Of a stretch of DNA of 64,000 nucleotides, positions 10,258 to 20,503 are shown one piece after another (within the stretch, counting starts at the first letter, position 1; every line of letters begins with the position of its first letter). The notes under the pieces were generated by a model. It made no database searches and had not been told where the DNA came from. It saw only the letters and a program-made list of their open reading frames with translations. The translations under genes and the position numbers were made by a program. Source of the stretch: Candidatus Bathyarchaeota archaeon (GTDB lineage Archaea > Thermoproteota > Bathyarchaeia > Bathyarchaeales > Bathycorpusculaceae); assembly GCA_963707955.1 (NCBI GenBank), contig OY970176.1, positions 1,536,001 through 1,600,000 of the forward strand, written 5' to 3'.

Positions 10258-10968
10258 TCAATTCACGACCTCTTGAACTATCAAGCCATCGAACATCTGC
10301 ACAATTCTCTTCGCTTGGCCTGCCAGACGTTGGTCGTGAGTGACCATTATTATGGTCACGGCTTTCTCTTCGTTGAGTCTCTTGATCAGACTGATTATTT
10401 CGCTGGCAGCTTTTGAATCTATGTTCCCTGTGGGCTCGTCCATCAGAAGAAACTTGGGATTGTTCGACAGAGCCCTGGCGATGGCTACGCGTTGTTGTTC
10501 GCCGCCGCTCAGTTCGGTTGGCCTGTGATTCATTCTTTCCTTGAGTCCAACTGTTTCCAGAAGATCCTCAGCGTGCTTTCTTCTTTCTGCTTTGCCCAGA
10601 CCTGCGATGGCCATTGACAAAGCGACATTTTCTCTTGCTGTGAACCGTGGGATCAAGTTGAAAAACTGAAACACGAAGCCTATTCGGCGTCTAAGATCTG
10701 CTAACTGGCCGTCATTGAGCGTGGAAACGTCCACGCCCTCGATCAGCAATTTGCCTTCTGTTGGTTTGTCCAAGGCTCCGATCAGATTTAGCAGCGTTGA
10801 TTTCCCGCTTCCGGAGGGTCCCAGAACGGCGAGGAAATCGCCGCTCTCAACCTTCAGGTTCACGCCATCCAAGGCGTTGACTGGAACCCTTCCAAGCATG
10901 TAAGTTTTCTTCAGGTTGACTGCTTCAACTATCGTCGTCGCAGGTGTTGTCTCCGTGTCCTCGTCCAT
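10258..10968 (-). CDS. LolD/MacB-type ABC ATP-binding protein
   Basis: [34 protein letters not shown]. Confidence 0.96.
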   Translation of the reverse strand: MDEDTETTPATTIVEAVNLKKTYMLGRVPVNALDGVNLKVESGDFLAVLGPSGSGKSTLLNLIGALDKPTEGKLLIEGVDVSTLNDGQLADLRRRIGFVFQFFNLIPRFTARENVALSMAIAGLGKAERRKHAEDLLETVGLKERMNHRPTELSGGEQQRVAIARALSNNPKFLLMDEPTGNIDSKAASEIISLIKRLNEEKAVTIIMVTHDQRLAGQAKRIVQMFDGLIVQEVVN

Positions 10969-10974
10969 CCTTGG

Positions 10975-11946
10975 CTACTTGCTGAGATATTTCCATGATA
11001 GAGCTATGCCTATCGTTGCGACTACGATTGCAAAGATTCCAACGTACAAGAAGTCCAATCCAACTTGCCCGAAGTTAGTTGTGTCGTATATCATAAGCTG
11101 TCTAACTGCATCTGTAGTGTACGTCATCGGGTTGACCGATGCCACTGTTTGAAGCCAAGGAGGCATGATGCTCGTCGGGAAGAAGGCGTTGCTTGCAAAC
11201 ATCAGCGGCAGCGTTATCAGGTTCATGACGGCCATTGGAGTCTCTATTCTTGTTGACCTTATCGTGATCGCGATGAACATTGAAGACAAACCTACGCATA
11301 TTAGGAACAGGATCGCGAACACGCCCAGTATGAACACTGGGTTGAAGCTAGCCCCAAACTCGAGACCGAATGCAAGGGCGATGAGTATTATTATGCCTGC
11401 CTGAAACATTGACCGCAGAGTTGCAGAAAGAACTTTGGAGAACACTATCACCGCTCTGGATACAGGCGTGCTCAGAGCCTTGTTTAAGAAGCCCAAGCGT
11501 CTGTCCCAGACGACGGACATGCCGCTGAACGCCGTCGTAAAGAGCGCTGTGAAGGCAATCATACCTACGGCCATGAAGGAGAAATAGCTAGTCGTATTGA
11601 AAGTGTTGAGCAGAACAGCATTGCCTATTCCTGAAAAAACGCTGCTAATCCCGTTTGAGTTTGCCAGGAAACCTGGAATGTTCGCTGCGGGCATACCGTA
11701 ATATTTCAGAACATTCGCGAAGTTGGTGCCTATACTCGGCTGTGACATTATTGATTGCGTGAACGATGAGCCTCCGAATAACGCGCCAATGTTCATAGCT
11801 TTTCCTAGGAGACCCATCCAGATAATTGGCTGAATTATGGAAAGCGTGAATATTACGGGGGCTTTGTACCATTTCTTGAGTTCTCTGTTGGTTAAGGCCC
11901 AAAGGCCGTGTAATTTGTTTTTGGAATTGCCGTTGTTTTCGCTCAT
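10975..11946 (-). CDS. ABC-2 type permease (DrrB-like)
   Basis: Six-TM pattern, DRRLGFL, FFP...MPPWLQ...NPMTY. Confidence 0.93.
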   Translation of the reverse strand: MSENNGNSKNKLHGLWALTNRELKKWYKAPVIFTLSIIQPIIWMGLLGKAMNIGALFGGSSFTQSIMSQPSIGTNFANVLKYYGMPAANIPGFLANSNGISSVFSGIGNAVLLNTFNTTSYFSFMAVGMIAFTALFTTAFSGMSVVWDRRLGFLNKALSTPVSRAVIVFSKVLSATLRSMFQAGIIILIALAFGLEFGASFNPVFILGVFAILFLICVGLSSMFIAITIRSTRIETPMAVMNLITLPLMFASNAFFPTSIMPPWLQTVASVNPMTYTTDAVRQLMIYDTTNFGQVGLDFLYVGIFAIVVATIGIALSWKYLSK

Positions 11947-12953
11947 TGCCGGGCCCTCCTCATTGTCATTCTTTGCGCAGCAAAAGCTTCCCGGGACTCC
12001 TCTGCATCACGTAACGATTTCCCTGTGTATTCCAAGTAGACTTCATTCAATGTGGGTTCTGTTAGCGAAAGTTTCGCTACTGTGTACCCTTTCTTCCGTA
12101 GGGTTTCAATAATGGAGGGAGCTGTTACTTCTCCATACTCTGCTTTGATTCGATATGTGCCATTTTCCTTCTTGACATCTTTGACATTCTCAACTTTACT
12201 AATGAGCTCGCTCACGTCAGCATCTTCTTTGATGCCTATGGTTATGATGTCGCCGCCTAGGCTGTGTTTTAGATCTTCAGGCGTGCCGACGACGACTATT
12301 TTTCCATGGTCAATTATTGCGACGCGGTCGCAGAGCGTATCAGCTTCTTCAAGATAGTGTGTAGTCATGAAAAGTGTCATGCCATATTCCTTTTTCAGTT
12401 TTCTGATATAGTTCCAAGTAGCAGTCCTCGTTTGAACATCTAAGCCCAGAGTGGGCTCGTCTAGGAAGAGTATTTTTGGCCTGTTGATTAATCCACATGC
12501 AAGTTCGAGTCTGCGGCGCATTCCACCGGAAAAGGTCTGAACTTGCTTGTCCTTGAAATCGGTTAGCTCAATGAGCTTCAGCAGATCCAACGCGCGCTCC
12601 TTTGCGATTTTCCGTGGAATGCCGTACATGTCAGCGCATAAGAGAATGTTCTCTAGGCCGGTCAGGTCTTCATCTGCCGTGTATTCTTGGGGCACGACGC
12701 CGATCACGTTTCTAACGTCATTGTTTTGCTTTAGAATATCGAAACCCAAGACAGTGGCTTTTCCTTCTGTGGGCTTCAAAATGGTTATCAACATGTTGAT
12801 CGTCGTGGTCTTTCCAGCGCCGTTAGGTCCTAGGAAACCGTATATTTCTCCTCTTTTGATCTCGAAGTTCACGTGGTCAACGGCTACCAGCTGATGATTA
12901 AAGACCTTGGTTAGTCCTTCAGCCTTAATGATGTCTTCACTCATCTCTCTCAC
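11943..12953 (-). CDS. DrrA-like ABC ATP-binding protein
   Basis: GPNGAGKTT, FSGGMRRRLE, DEPTLGLD, TTHYLEEA. Confidence 0.96.
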   Translation of the reverse strand: MREMSEDIIKAEGLTKVFNHQLVAVDHVNFEIKRGEIYGFLGPNGAGKTTTINMLITILKPTEGKATVLGFDILKQNNDVRNVIGVVPQEYTADEDLTGLENILLCADMYGIPRKIAKERALDLLKLIELTDFKDKQVQTFSGGMRRRLELACGLINRPKILFLDEPTLGLDVQTRTATWNYIRKLKKEYGMTLFMTTHYLEEADTLCDRVAIIDHGKIVVVGTPEDLKHSLGGDIITIGIKEDADVSELISKVENVKDVKKENGTYRIKAEYGEVTAPSIIETLRKKGYTVAKLSLTEPTLNEVYLEYTGKSLRDAEESREAFAAQRMTMRRARQ

Positions 12954-13530
12954 CCTTCAATTTCTGATTTATCTCCTCAAGCTTTTCAGCTGTGCTATTT
13001 AAGAGTTTCAACGCTTCATCAAAGGCTTCATTAGACACGTGCTCATCCAAACTGCGTCCCAACTCGAAGAAAGCAGCCACAAGCTTGTGCATCGTCTTTC
13101 TTGCCTCAACTAGCTTTTCCTCAGGCAAACCCGAGAGAAACGCGCCTATGAAAGGGGGGCCGAAGAACCTTTCTCTCCTGAATCCCACGTGGTTCTTGGT
13201 ATACTCTTTCATCTTTTTCCTTTGCTCTGCCATTATCTTCTTCTGCTCCGCAAGCAGAGTCCTGCCGCTTTTAGTCAGCTCGTATCTTTTCATCCCACTC
13301 TGTTCAACGGGCAACTCTTTGACGTGGCCATTATCCTGCAGCCAAGCCAAGAGCGGATAAATTGAGCCTGGGCTTGGCTTCCATCGACCGTTTGTCCTGC
13401 TTTCTATTTCATCTATTATTTCGGAACCAGACATGGGCTTCTCACCTAAAGATTCAAGAACCTGATAACGTATGAAGCCCTTCGGAACCATTGCCGTGTG
13501 TCTCATCCAATGTTTGCGAAATTCATGCAT
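12937..13530 (-). CDS. PadR-family transcriptional regulator
   Basis: PMSGSEII...WKPSPGSIYPLL...RYELTKSG. Confidence 0.93.
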   Translation of the reverse strand: MHEFRKHWMRHTAMVPKGFIRYQVLESLGEKPMSGSEIIDEIESRTNGRWKPSPGSIYPLLAWLQDNGHVKELPVEQSGMKRYELTKSGRTLLAEQKKIMAEQRKKMKEYTKNHVGFRRERFFGPPFIGAFLSGLPEEKLVEARKTMHKLVAAFFELGRSLDEHVSNEAFDEALKLLNSTAEKLEEINQKLKGERDE

Positions 13531-13557
13531 AGCATATCACCATTGAGCTCACCCGTG

Positions 13558-13573
13558 ATATCAAAAGTGATAT
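13558..13573. promoter_or_regulatory. Probable PadR autoregulatory operator
   Basis: Palindrome ATATCA-N4-TGATAT just upstream of the padR start, adjacent to TATA-like TTTAAA. Confidence 0.55.
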
Positions 13574-13736
13574 TTAAACATAATGGGTCAAAACATGGAG
13601 TCTCAAATGATTTGATCTTAAGCCACTCATAATTACACGAACCGGGAACCTGAACTATGCGTATTAATCTTGGTAATTCCTCACACCCGGAAAGTGTAAT
13701 AGGAAAGCGAGAAGTCATTGGCTGTGAGGTCCTCGA

Positions 13737-14189
13737 ATGCCATATGAAGCTGTGTGTTTGGAAAGAAAGCTGGTCATTCCAGAAGCCAAGGTCGACGATG
13801 TGGCTTTGGCCTGCCTAAAAGCCTTCAAAGAAATGGGCTTAAAGGTCATGAATGAAGAAAAAACTAAAGAGGGCAGCACAACCGTGCTGGCCGCGGAAGG
13901 CGCGCTGGTGCCGTTAACACTGAGAACCCTGCTGTATCCGTTCAGTCTGCAACAGTACATCAAAGCGGCGCAGAGATCAGGCGTGCACGTGGTGATCTCG
14001 CCATCAGAAGAAGGGGTCATTATATACTCGTGCGGGCTCGCACTCGACGAACTGACCGGAAAACCAGCTGAATACACCTCTGACGAGGATGTGGAAGAGA
14101 TTACTGACACTATGGAAGCCCTTGACTTTGAAAACAAGTTCATAATGAAAATAAAGGCAACCTTTCCAAAAACAAGAGAGATAGAATAG
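13737..14189 (+). CDS. Hypothetical protein
   Basis: 150-aa ORF with GAGGT RBS, protein-like composition. Confidence 0.75.
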   Translation: MPYEAVCLERKLVIPEAKVDDVALACLKAFKEMGLKVMNEEKTKEGSTTVLAAEGALVPLTLRTLLYPFSLQQYIKAAQRSGVHVVISPSEEGVIIYSCGLALDELTGKPAEYTSDEDVEEITDTMEALDFENKFIMKIKATFPKTREIE

Positions 14190-14287
14190 CCAGCGCGCGC
14201 GGAAGAAAACGTAGAATGCTTAGGAACAATTTCGAGACCGAGATGCGGGTTAACAACGTAAGCGCGCGCGATTCTTTATTTCTGCGG

Positions 14288-16704
14288 TTAGCCCTCCGTT
14301 TTCTTCCTTTCTTCCGTGAAATACTGTGGAAATTCTCTGAGTTTTTCGGCCATTTCTCCAAGTCGTTTATCCACTTTGTAGTTAACGGTTCCTTTCTCGA
14401 AGATCCGTCTTCTTGCCTTTGGCCGGTTTTGACCCCTGTTAGAATTTCTATTCCTTCATCAATGGTCTTAACGGGGTATACGTGGAATTTCCCCTGTTGA
14501 GCTGCTTGCACTACTTCCTCTTTCAGCATCAGGTTCTGAACGTTGCTCTCCGGTATCATCACTCCCTGTTTGCCAGTGAATCCTTTGGCCTTGCAGACTT
14601 CGAAGAAGCCTTCGATTTTTTCGTTCACGCCGCCGATGGCTTGAACCTCGCCCTTCTGGTTCACTGAGCCAGTGACAGCAATGTTTTGCTTTATAGGCAA
14701 GTCAGACAGGGCGGACAGGATAGCGTAGAGTTCGGTGCTTGAGGCGCTGTCACCCTCGACTCCTTCATAGTTCTGTTCAAAAACAAGACGGGCTGAGAGA
14801 CTGAGAGGCTTGTCCTGCGCGTATTTCTCATTGAGGTAGCCGCTTAGAATAAGGACCCCTTTTGTGTGGATCGGTCCTCCCATCTTGGCCTCCCTTTCAA
14901 TGTCCATCACGCCTTCTCGACCCAGACCCACGCTGGTCGTTACTCGCGAAGGAGTGCCAAAGTCGAAGTCACCCAACCCAATCACGGAAAGGCCGTTGAC
15001 TTGACCCACATTCTCTGCGTCTGTATCGATGAGGAGGAACCCTCTCTTGATCATCTCTTGAATCTTCTCTTCGATGAGTTTTGAACGGTAAACCTTCTCT
15101 TCGATAGCTTTTTTCACGTGAGTTCCAGTCAAGAAATCCGAGTTATCTTGTGTCGCATAGAAGTTGGCTTCGCGAATGATGTCGGCAACCTCAGCAAACC
15201 TGGTGGAGAGTTTTTGCTGGTCTTCAGCCAGTCTTGAGCTGTGTTCGACCAATTTGGCCAGGGCTGAGCCGTCGAGGTGTTTCAGATTCTCCTTCTGGCA
15301 TAGCGTGCAGACAAAGGCTGCGTATTGCTGTATGTTCTCTTCTGTCCGATCCATCGCCGTATCAAAGTCTGCCTTAACCTTGAAGAGCTGGTTAAACTCC
15401 ATGTCCAAGATGTACAATTCCTGGTAAAGGTAAGGGTCTCCAATGAGAATCACCTTGATATCCAAGGAAATAGGCTCAGGTTTCAAGCTCTTAGTGCTGA
15501 TGAAACCCAGACGCTCTTCCACCTCTTCGATGACAATATGCTCGTTCTTGAGCGCTCTTTTCAAGCCGTCATATGAAAAAGGGTTGCGCAATAACTCTTC
15601 AACTGGAAGAATCAGATAGCCGCCATTGGCCTTGTGTAAAGAACCCCCACGGATCATGGTAAAGTCCGTCACAAGCGCTCCAAACTGAGCCTCCTTTTCC
15701 ACTCGACCAAAAAGGTTCTGATAAGTGGGGTTAGATTCCATGACTACAGGAGCTCCCTTGACATCCGAGTTATCAACGAGAACGTTTACCTCGTACTTTC
15801 TGAATGGAGTCTCTCTCATCCAAGGAACTGGGAAAGGAGTCTGTGGTTGCTCTTCCGGCCCTTTTATGAACCGGGATAGGTTATCGAGGATGTCATTCTG
15901 CACGCTTTCTACATGAGTGACGACATCAGGGAAATCCTTGAATTCTTCTTTCAAATCAGTCACTACGTGCCCGATGGCGAAAAGGGCAACCTCACGATTT
16001 AATTTTTTGAGCTCTGCGTCGGCTTTCCCCTCTAATTCTCTGAGTTGTCTCATAGCATTCAGGAATTGCTCGCTCAGCTGATCTCTCTTCTTCTCGATTC
16101 CATCTCGAGTTTTCTGGTCCAATTTCATGAATTCTTCGTCATTCACAGGTTTTCCTTTGATTACTGGAATCATGAGCCAACCCACAGGTGACGCTTGCAG
16201 AATGAAACCCTCCTCTTGGGCCCGTTTCGTAAGCTGTCCGATGAGTTTCTGCCTTTCCTCCTCAACAGCCTTAACAGTATTCGCTCTTCTTACGCCGTAA
16301 TCCTCGCTTTCAAAGGATTTTGGCAGAACTCTCAATGCTTCATTAATGAAAGTGGCCATATCGTCTCGAAAGTGTCTCCCTTTGCCCGGAGGGAGCCTTA
16401 TGGCTTTAGGCTCGTACGGGTTGCGAAAGTTGTACACGTAACAGCAGTCTGAGGGCACCGGCTTGGTTCGAGCCGTTTCTTCCAAGAAGTTTCTAACAGC
16501 CGTTTTCCTCCCTGTTCCGGGGAAGCCCGCAACATAGATGTTAAATCCGCGTTCCCTGATGCCTAACCCGAACTTTAGCGCTTTGACAGCCCTTTCCTGG
16601 CCAATAATCTCTTGAAGGGGGACTAGCTCCTGCGTGGTCTCACAGTGCAAAAGTTTAGGGTCGCATTCTCTTCTCAGCCTTTCTGCAGACAGCTCGTTTA
16701 CCAT
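14288..16704 (-). CDS. LonC-type (AAA + S16 Lon protease domain) protease; apparent 1-nt deletion near 14400
   Basis: IIGQERA, GFPGTGRKT, GSLHKANGGYL, EGDSASSTE and GGVNEKIEG Ser-Lys dyad; the natural-looking tail FEKGTVNYKVDKRLGEMAEKLREF...* is in a shifted frame ending at 14288. Confidence 0.9.
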
Positions 16705-16809
16705 ATCATGCATCCTCCTCAGTGTGGAATGATTTTCGTATATTACGGAACGCAATATATCGAAGTAAAATATAAATATTCCGATTACATCCAGTAAGGC
16801 TGAAAGACG

Positions 16810-17418
16810 ATGATTTCAGAAGAAGAAAAAACGGCTGCACATTGGCTTAAGGAAACCCAGAAGGGCTACATCCGAATTGCGGTTCTGATTCTTCTAAGCA
16901 AGAAGCCATATCATGGCTACGAAATAATGAGAGAGATTAAGGAGAGGACTGGGGGCTTCTGGAGACCGACGGCTGGCGGCATCTATCCCATACTTCAAAA
17001 CTTGGAAAAGTGCGGGTACGTAGAGGGAGAATGGGATGTTCAAAAAAAGAGAAGACGAAAAACATACAAGGTCACGGGGACGGGCGAGTTGGTTCTTCAT
17101 CGAGCCCTTGGCAAAGAAAGTCAGATCGCCAACAGCATGAGCGACTTGTTCAGAGAGTTTATGAAGGACGTGTTGGACGTAAGAATGAACCCGATTCCAG
17201 TGCCGAGGATACCGAACTTTTTCTCAGTTTTTCTCGAAGAGAGGAAGAGAAAACCTGAAGATACAACCAGCGTTTTAGAGGGCAAGCGAGCGCAGATTGA
17301 AGATATGATAAAGGAACTGCAAAAAGAGCTTAGGGCAATCAACAGAAGACTGACGCAGCTAAAGGAGCCAAAGAGACCAGAAACATACAGCAAGGCTAGT
17401 CCTGGAAGGAGGCGGTGA
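16810..17418 (+). CDS. PadR-family transcriptional regulator with C-terminal coiled coil
   Basis: PYHGYEIM...WRPTAGGIYPIL...YKVTGTG. Confidence 0.92.
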   Translation: MISEEEKTAAHWLKETQKGYIRIAVLILLSKKPYHGYEIMREIKERTGGFWRPTAGGIYPILQNLEKCGYVEGEWDVQKKRRRKTYKVTGTGELVLHRALGKESQIANSMSDLFREFMKDVLDVRMNPIPVPRIPNFFSVFLEERKRKPEDTTSVLEGKRAQIEDMIKELQKELRAINRRLTQLKEPKRPETYSKASPGRRR

Positions 17419-18521
17419 AGGTGTCCTTGCTTCCAGATTCAAGCTTTATCGGCACAATAATGAACATGGCTTTTCTCCTTACATTCTTCATCTTCTGGTT
17501 TTTCTCTCAAAGGATACAAACCGCTCTCATGACGCGCCAGATATCTAGAGCTCTGACCAGGCTGAGGAATTTGAGGGACAAAGCGAAACAAACGGTGATC
17601 TTAGCAATCAACGAAGTGGGCAGACCTGAAAAAGACCCTTTGCCTAGACTGGAATCGCTCCTTCAGTTTTTCACTGTTGAACCCGTCAGCATGGACCCAT
17701 CTGGAGTTGTCCATAGACTCGAACACATACTTGACACAGCAGACATCCGAATCAAAAACGAGGTTAAAGCAATCGCGCCGCACGCTGACGAAGTTCAAAT
17801 CGAGAATCTGCAGAACCTCGTAGAAGCAACACAGGCTTTGAACAACATGTATCGAGTCGTGCGCCATTACTACCTGCTAGGAAAAAGGGAGGGGGCACTC
17901 TATAGCACTGTGCAGATTCAAATGCAGCTGCCGGCAATTATGGAAGAAGCCGAAGCATATGTCTCTTTTCTGGACGCTTTCAAACAGGGCAAACCGGTTG
18001 GCGATGGCATAGGCGCGTTGACAGCATCAAAACTGATGGCTGATCACGAAAAGTTCGAAGTGGCCAAAGACATGATAGCGGCAGAAACAACACTTGACGG
18101 CAGACGAGTCATTGTCACGAAGGCTAAAGGTCCGGGTGGAACCGTCGGAAAGTCAGGAGACGCCGTGAGCAATCTGATTGAAGCTAACAACGAAAAGGTA
18201 TCCCTAGTCGTAATGATTGACGCTGGTCTCAAACTAGAGGGTGAGGACTCAGGGGACATCGCAGAGGGCGTAGGAGCCGCAATAGGCGGGATCGGCGTTG
18301 ACAAGTACAAGATAGAAGAAGTAGCCACCAAGTGCAAGATCCCGGTCTACGCTATAGTCATCAAGGAATCGCTGAAGGAGGTGCTGGCGCCGATCACAGA
18401 GAAAGTCTCTCACGCCGCTGACAGCGTGATTTCGAGACTCGGAAGCATTATCCAAGAACGAACCAGAGAAGGAGACACAGTCATCGTCGTCGGCGTAGGC
18501 AACACAATAGGCATCGCATAA
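17415..18521 (+). CDS. DUF1512-family membrane-anchored archaeal protein
   Basis: N-terminal TM, PVGDGIG, KGPGGTVG, IDAGLKLEGE, GVGNTIGIA. Confidence 0.85.
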   Translation: MKVSLLPDSSFIGTIMNMAFLLTFFIFWFFSQRIQTALMTRQISRALTRLRNLRDKAKQTVILAINEVGRPEKDPLPRLESLLQFFTVEPVSMDPSGVVHRLEHILDTADIRIKNEVKAIAPHADEVQIENLQNLVEATQALNNMYRVVRHYYLLGKREGALYSTVQIQMQLPAIMEEAEAYVSFLDAFKQGKPVGDGIGALTASKLMADHEKFEVAKDMIAAETTLDGRRVIVTKAKGPGGTVGKSGDAVSNLIEANNEKVSLVVMIDAGLKLEGEDSGDIAEGVGAAIGGIGVDKYKIEEVATKCKIPVYAIVIKESLKEVLAPITEKVSHAADSVISRLGSIIQERTREGDTVIVVGVGNTIGIA

Positions 18522-18572
18522 TAGTAATGGAGAAGTCTGTATTGGAAATTGCCTACGAATTAAGTCAGGAAG

Positions 18573-19208
18573 GTGGCAACGTCAACCTTGAATGCTGACT
18601 GGCACGACATTACCGAGTCTTCGTTCAGTGAACGAGACGCCGACGTTCTATACTTGATAAGCGAAGAGGACTTGGCTCTGTTTACGTTCGATGGGCTGAA
18701 GAGAAGAATGGGTCTACATCCTGAGACACTTTCCAGAATCCTTAGCAGGCTAGAGCAGGAGGGCATAGTGGAGAAGGGGCATGGAGGTTACAGGGTTACG
18801 TCGAAGATTGATGAATTTCTAGGACCACATCCGACCTGCAGCGATCAGTCTCGTGTTCCTCTGCTTCAGACATTTCTGCCTTCTGATATGTCAGTTCAGA
18901 ATCTGGCCTCACACCTGAGAGGAAGATGGTTCGGTCTGCTTCGTTGGCTAGGCCTCTCAGAGGGAAAAGCACGCGAAGGGGTCACTTTGAAGTGGATCAC
19001 AGAAGATGGCGGCATCCAAGTTGACGCAAACGTATCGGACAGAGCGCTTACGATTGAGGCCAAGTTTTTGCATGATAAGGACTTGAACATGGCTTTGAGG
19101 GCCTCTTATCAACTCGTTACCTACATAGGCAAACTCTGTTCAAGCTCGCGGTTGATCAGACGCGTAGCCTACGTTGGCGATTTCGACGTGCATCTGACGC
19201 CAGCGTAG
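18573..19208 (+). CDS. Winged-helix (MarR-like) domain protein
   Basis: FTFDGLKRRMGLHPETLSRILSRLEQEGIVEK. Confidence 0.75.
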   Translation: MATSTLNADWHDITESSFSERDADVLYLISEEDLALFTFDGLKRRMGLHPETLSRILSRLEQEGIVEKGHGGYRVTSKIDEFLGPHPTCSDQSRVPLLQTFLPSDMSVQNLASHLRGRWFGLLRWLGLSEGKAREGVTLKWITEDGGIQVDANVSDRALTIEAKFLHDKDLNMALRASYQLVTYIGKLCSSSRLIRRVAYVGDFDVHLTPA

Positions 19209-19279
19209 TGTGACCGACTTTCTGCTTTCCTTAGTCAACAAATACGACGCCGACTTCTCTTATTTTGAGGTGAAAAAGT

Positions 19280-20209
19280 ATGAGTCAGTCAATTAATCCT
19301 TTGCAAGTGTTGAAGTCGCTCTCTGACGCTACAACTGAACTCGTGCGAAAACTGACACCGTCCTTGGTAAGCGTGAACACAACGATGACAAGAGGCACAG
19401 GCGTCGTCTTCAGTTCAGAGGGCTACATAGTGACGTGCAACCATGTTCTCGGAAGAAGCGCCTCCATCAGAATTGGCTCTGGAGAAAAAATCTTTGAAGC
19501 CAAGACAGTAGGTGTTGACCCCTATTCCGACATAGCACTGCTCAAGGCAGAACAGGCAAACTTCAAACCAATAGAACTCGGCGATTCCGAAACACTGAGC
19601 ACAGGCCAGTTCGTACTGGCCCTGGCGAACCCGTTCAACAGACAACCAAGCGCAACAACCGGAATAATCACAAATGTCGGAAGCACACTCAGAGGATGGC
19701 GAGGAACAGCGATGGAAGATATAATAGCCACCGATGCTAGACTCAATCCAGGCTTTTCAGGCGGACCGCTGGTCGACGTTTCTGGCAAGATGATAGGCCT
19801 CAACACAACCTTCGTCTGGTCTCGTGGCATAGCGATTCCAGTCAACAAGGTGAAAGGCACCGTCGACAGGCTCATGGCCGGAGGCGAGATCAAAAGAGCA
19901 TACTTGGGCATAGTGTCGAACACTGTTTTAATCCCGCAGGAAATCGCGAACCAATCACGCATCAACCAGAACGCAGGAGTCATGGTTTTCTCAGTCGAAC
20001 AGGGTACACCAGCGAAAAAAGCCGGTCTAGCAATGGGCGACGTGATAGTGAAGTTCAACGAAAACCCCGTGACAAGCTTCTACGACCTTCCGAGACTTCT
20101 GACCGAAAATGTAATCGGAAAAAAGACGAAGCTCTCGATCCTTCGCGAAGAGAAACTGATGGAACTCACCGTCATCCCAAGCACTGCTGAGGGTGAAGAA
20201 GATGAGTGA
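19280..20209 (+). CDS. HtrA/DegP-family serine protease (trypsin + PDZ), no signal peptide
   Basis: TCNHV, DIALL, NPGFSGGPL triad; C-terminal PDZ. Confidence 0.93.
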   Translation: MSQSINPLQVLKSLSDATTELVRKLTPSLVSVNTTMTRGTGVVFSSEGYIVTCNHVLGRSASIRIGSGEKIFEAKTVGVDPYSDIALLKAEQANFKPIELGDSETLSTGQFVLALANPFNRQPSATTGIITNVGSTLRGWRGTAMEDIIATDARLNPGFSGGPLVDVSGKMIGLNTTFVWSRGIAIPVNKVKGTVDRLMAGGEIKRAYLGIVSNTVLIPQEIANQSRINQNAGVMVFSVEQGTPAKKAGLAMGDVIVKFNENPVTSFYDLPRLLTENVIGKKTKLSILREEKLMELTVIPSTAEGEEDE

Positions 20210-20434
20210 GAGGTTCTCAATGAATTCGGAGATCGACTTAGAACCCTCACCGCTTCCCCGGCCCAGACCACTCCGTCCTTTTCCCTCGCCTCTTCCACAC
20301 ATTAGCGCCAGCGCGACTTCACAACTTTCCTTTCGCATATTCCTGCGAGAAGACTGGAACTAGTAGAAGGCGAAGCTGAAGGTCTTAGCCCCGATGAATG
20401 GACAGCTCTGAAGTCGAAGATAGGCATTAAGTAG
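20202..20434 (+). CDS. Small Pro-rich hypothetical protein, frameshifted near 20312
   Basis: ATG overlaps the htrA end with GGTGA RBS; MSERFS...PHISAS joins DFTTFLSHIPARRLELVEGEAEGLSPDEWTALKSKIGIK* in another frame. Confidence 0.55.
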
Positions 20435-20503
20435 CACCCACATTTCACCGTTACACTCAGGATATTTCATTCATTCAAGAACGGCATTTGTCTTTTGCGT
20501 GTG

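Noticed and set aside
14140-14287. Extended hydrophobic C-terminus of the Lon ORF
   Set aside because: Product of the frameshift near 14400; it overlaps the convergent gene
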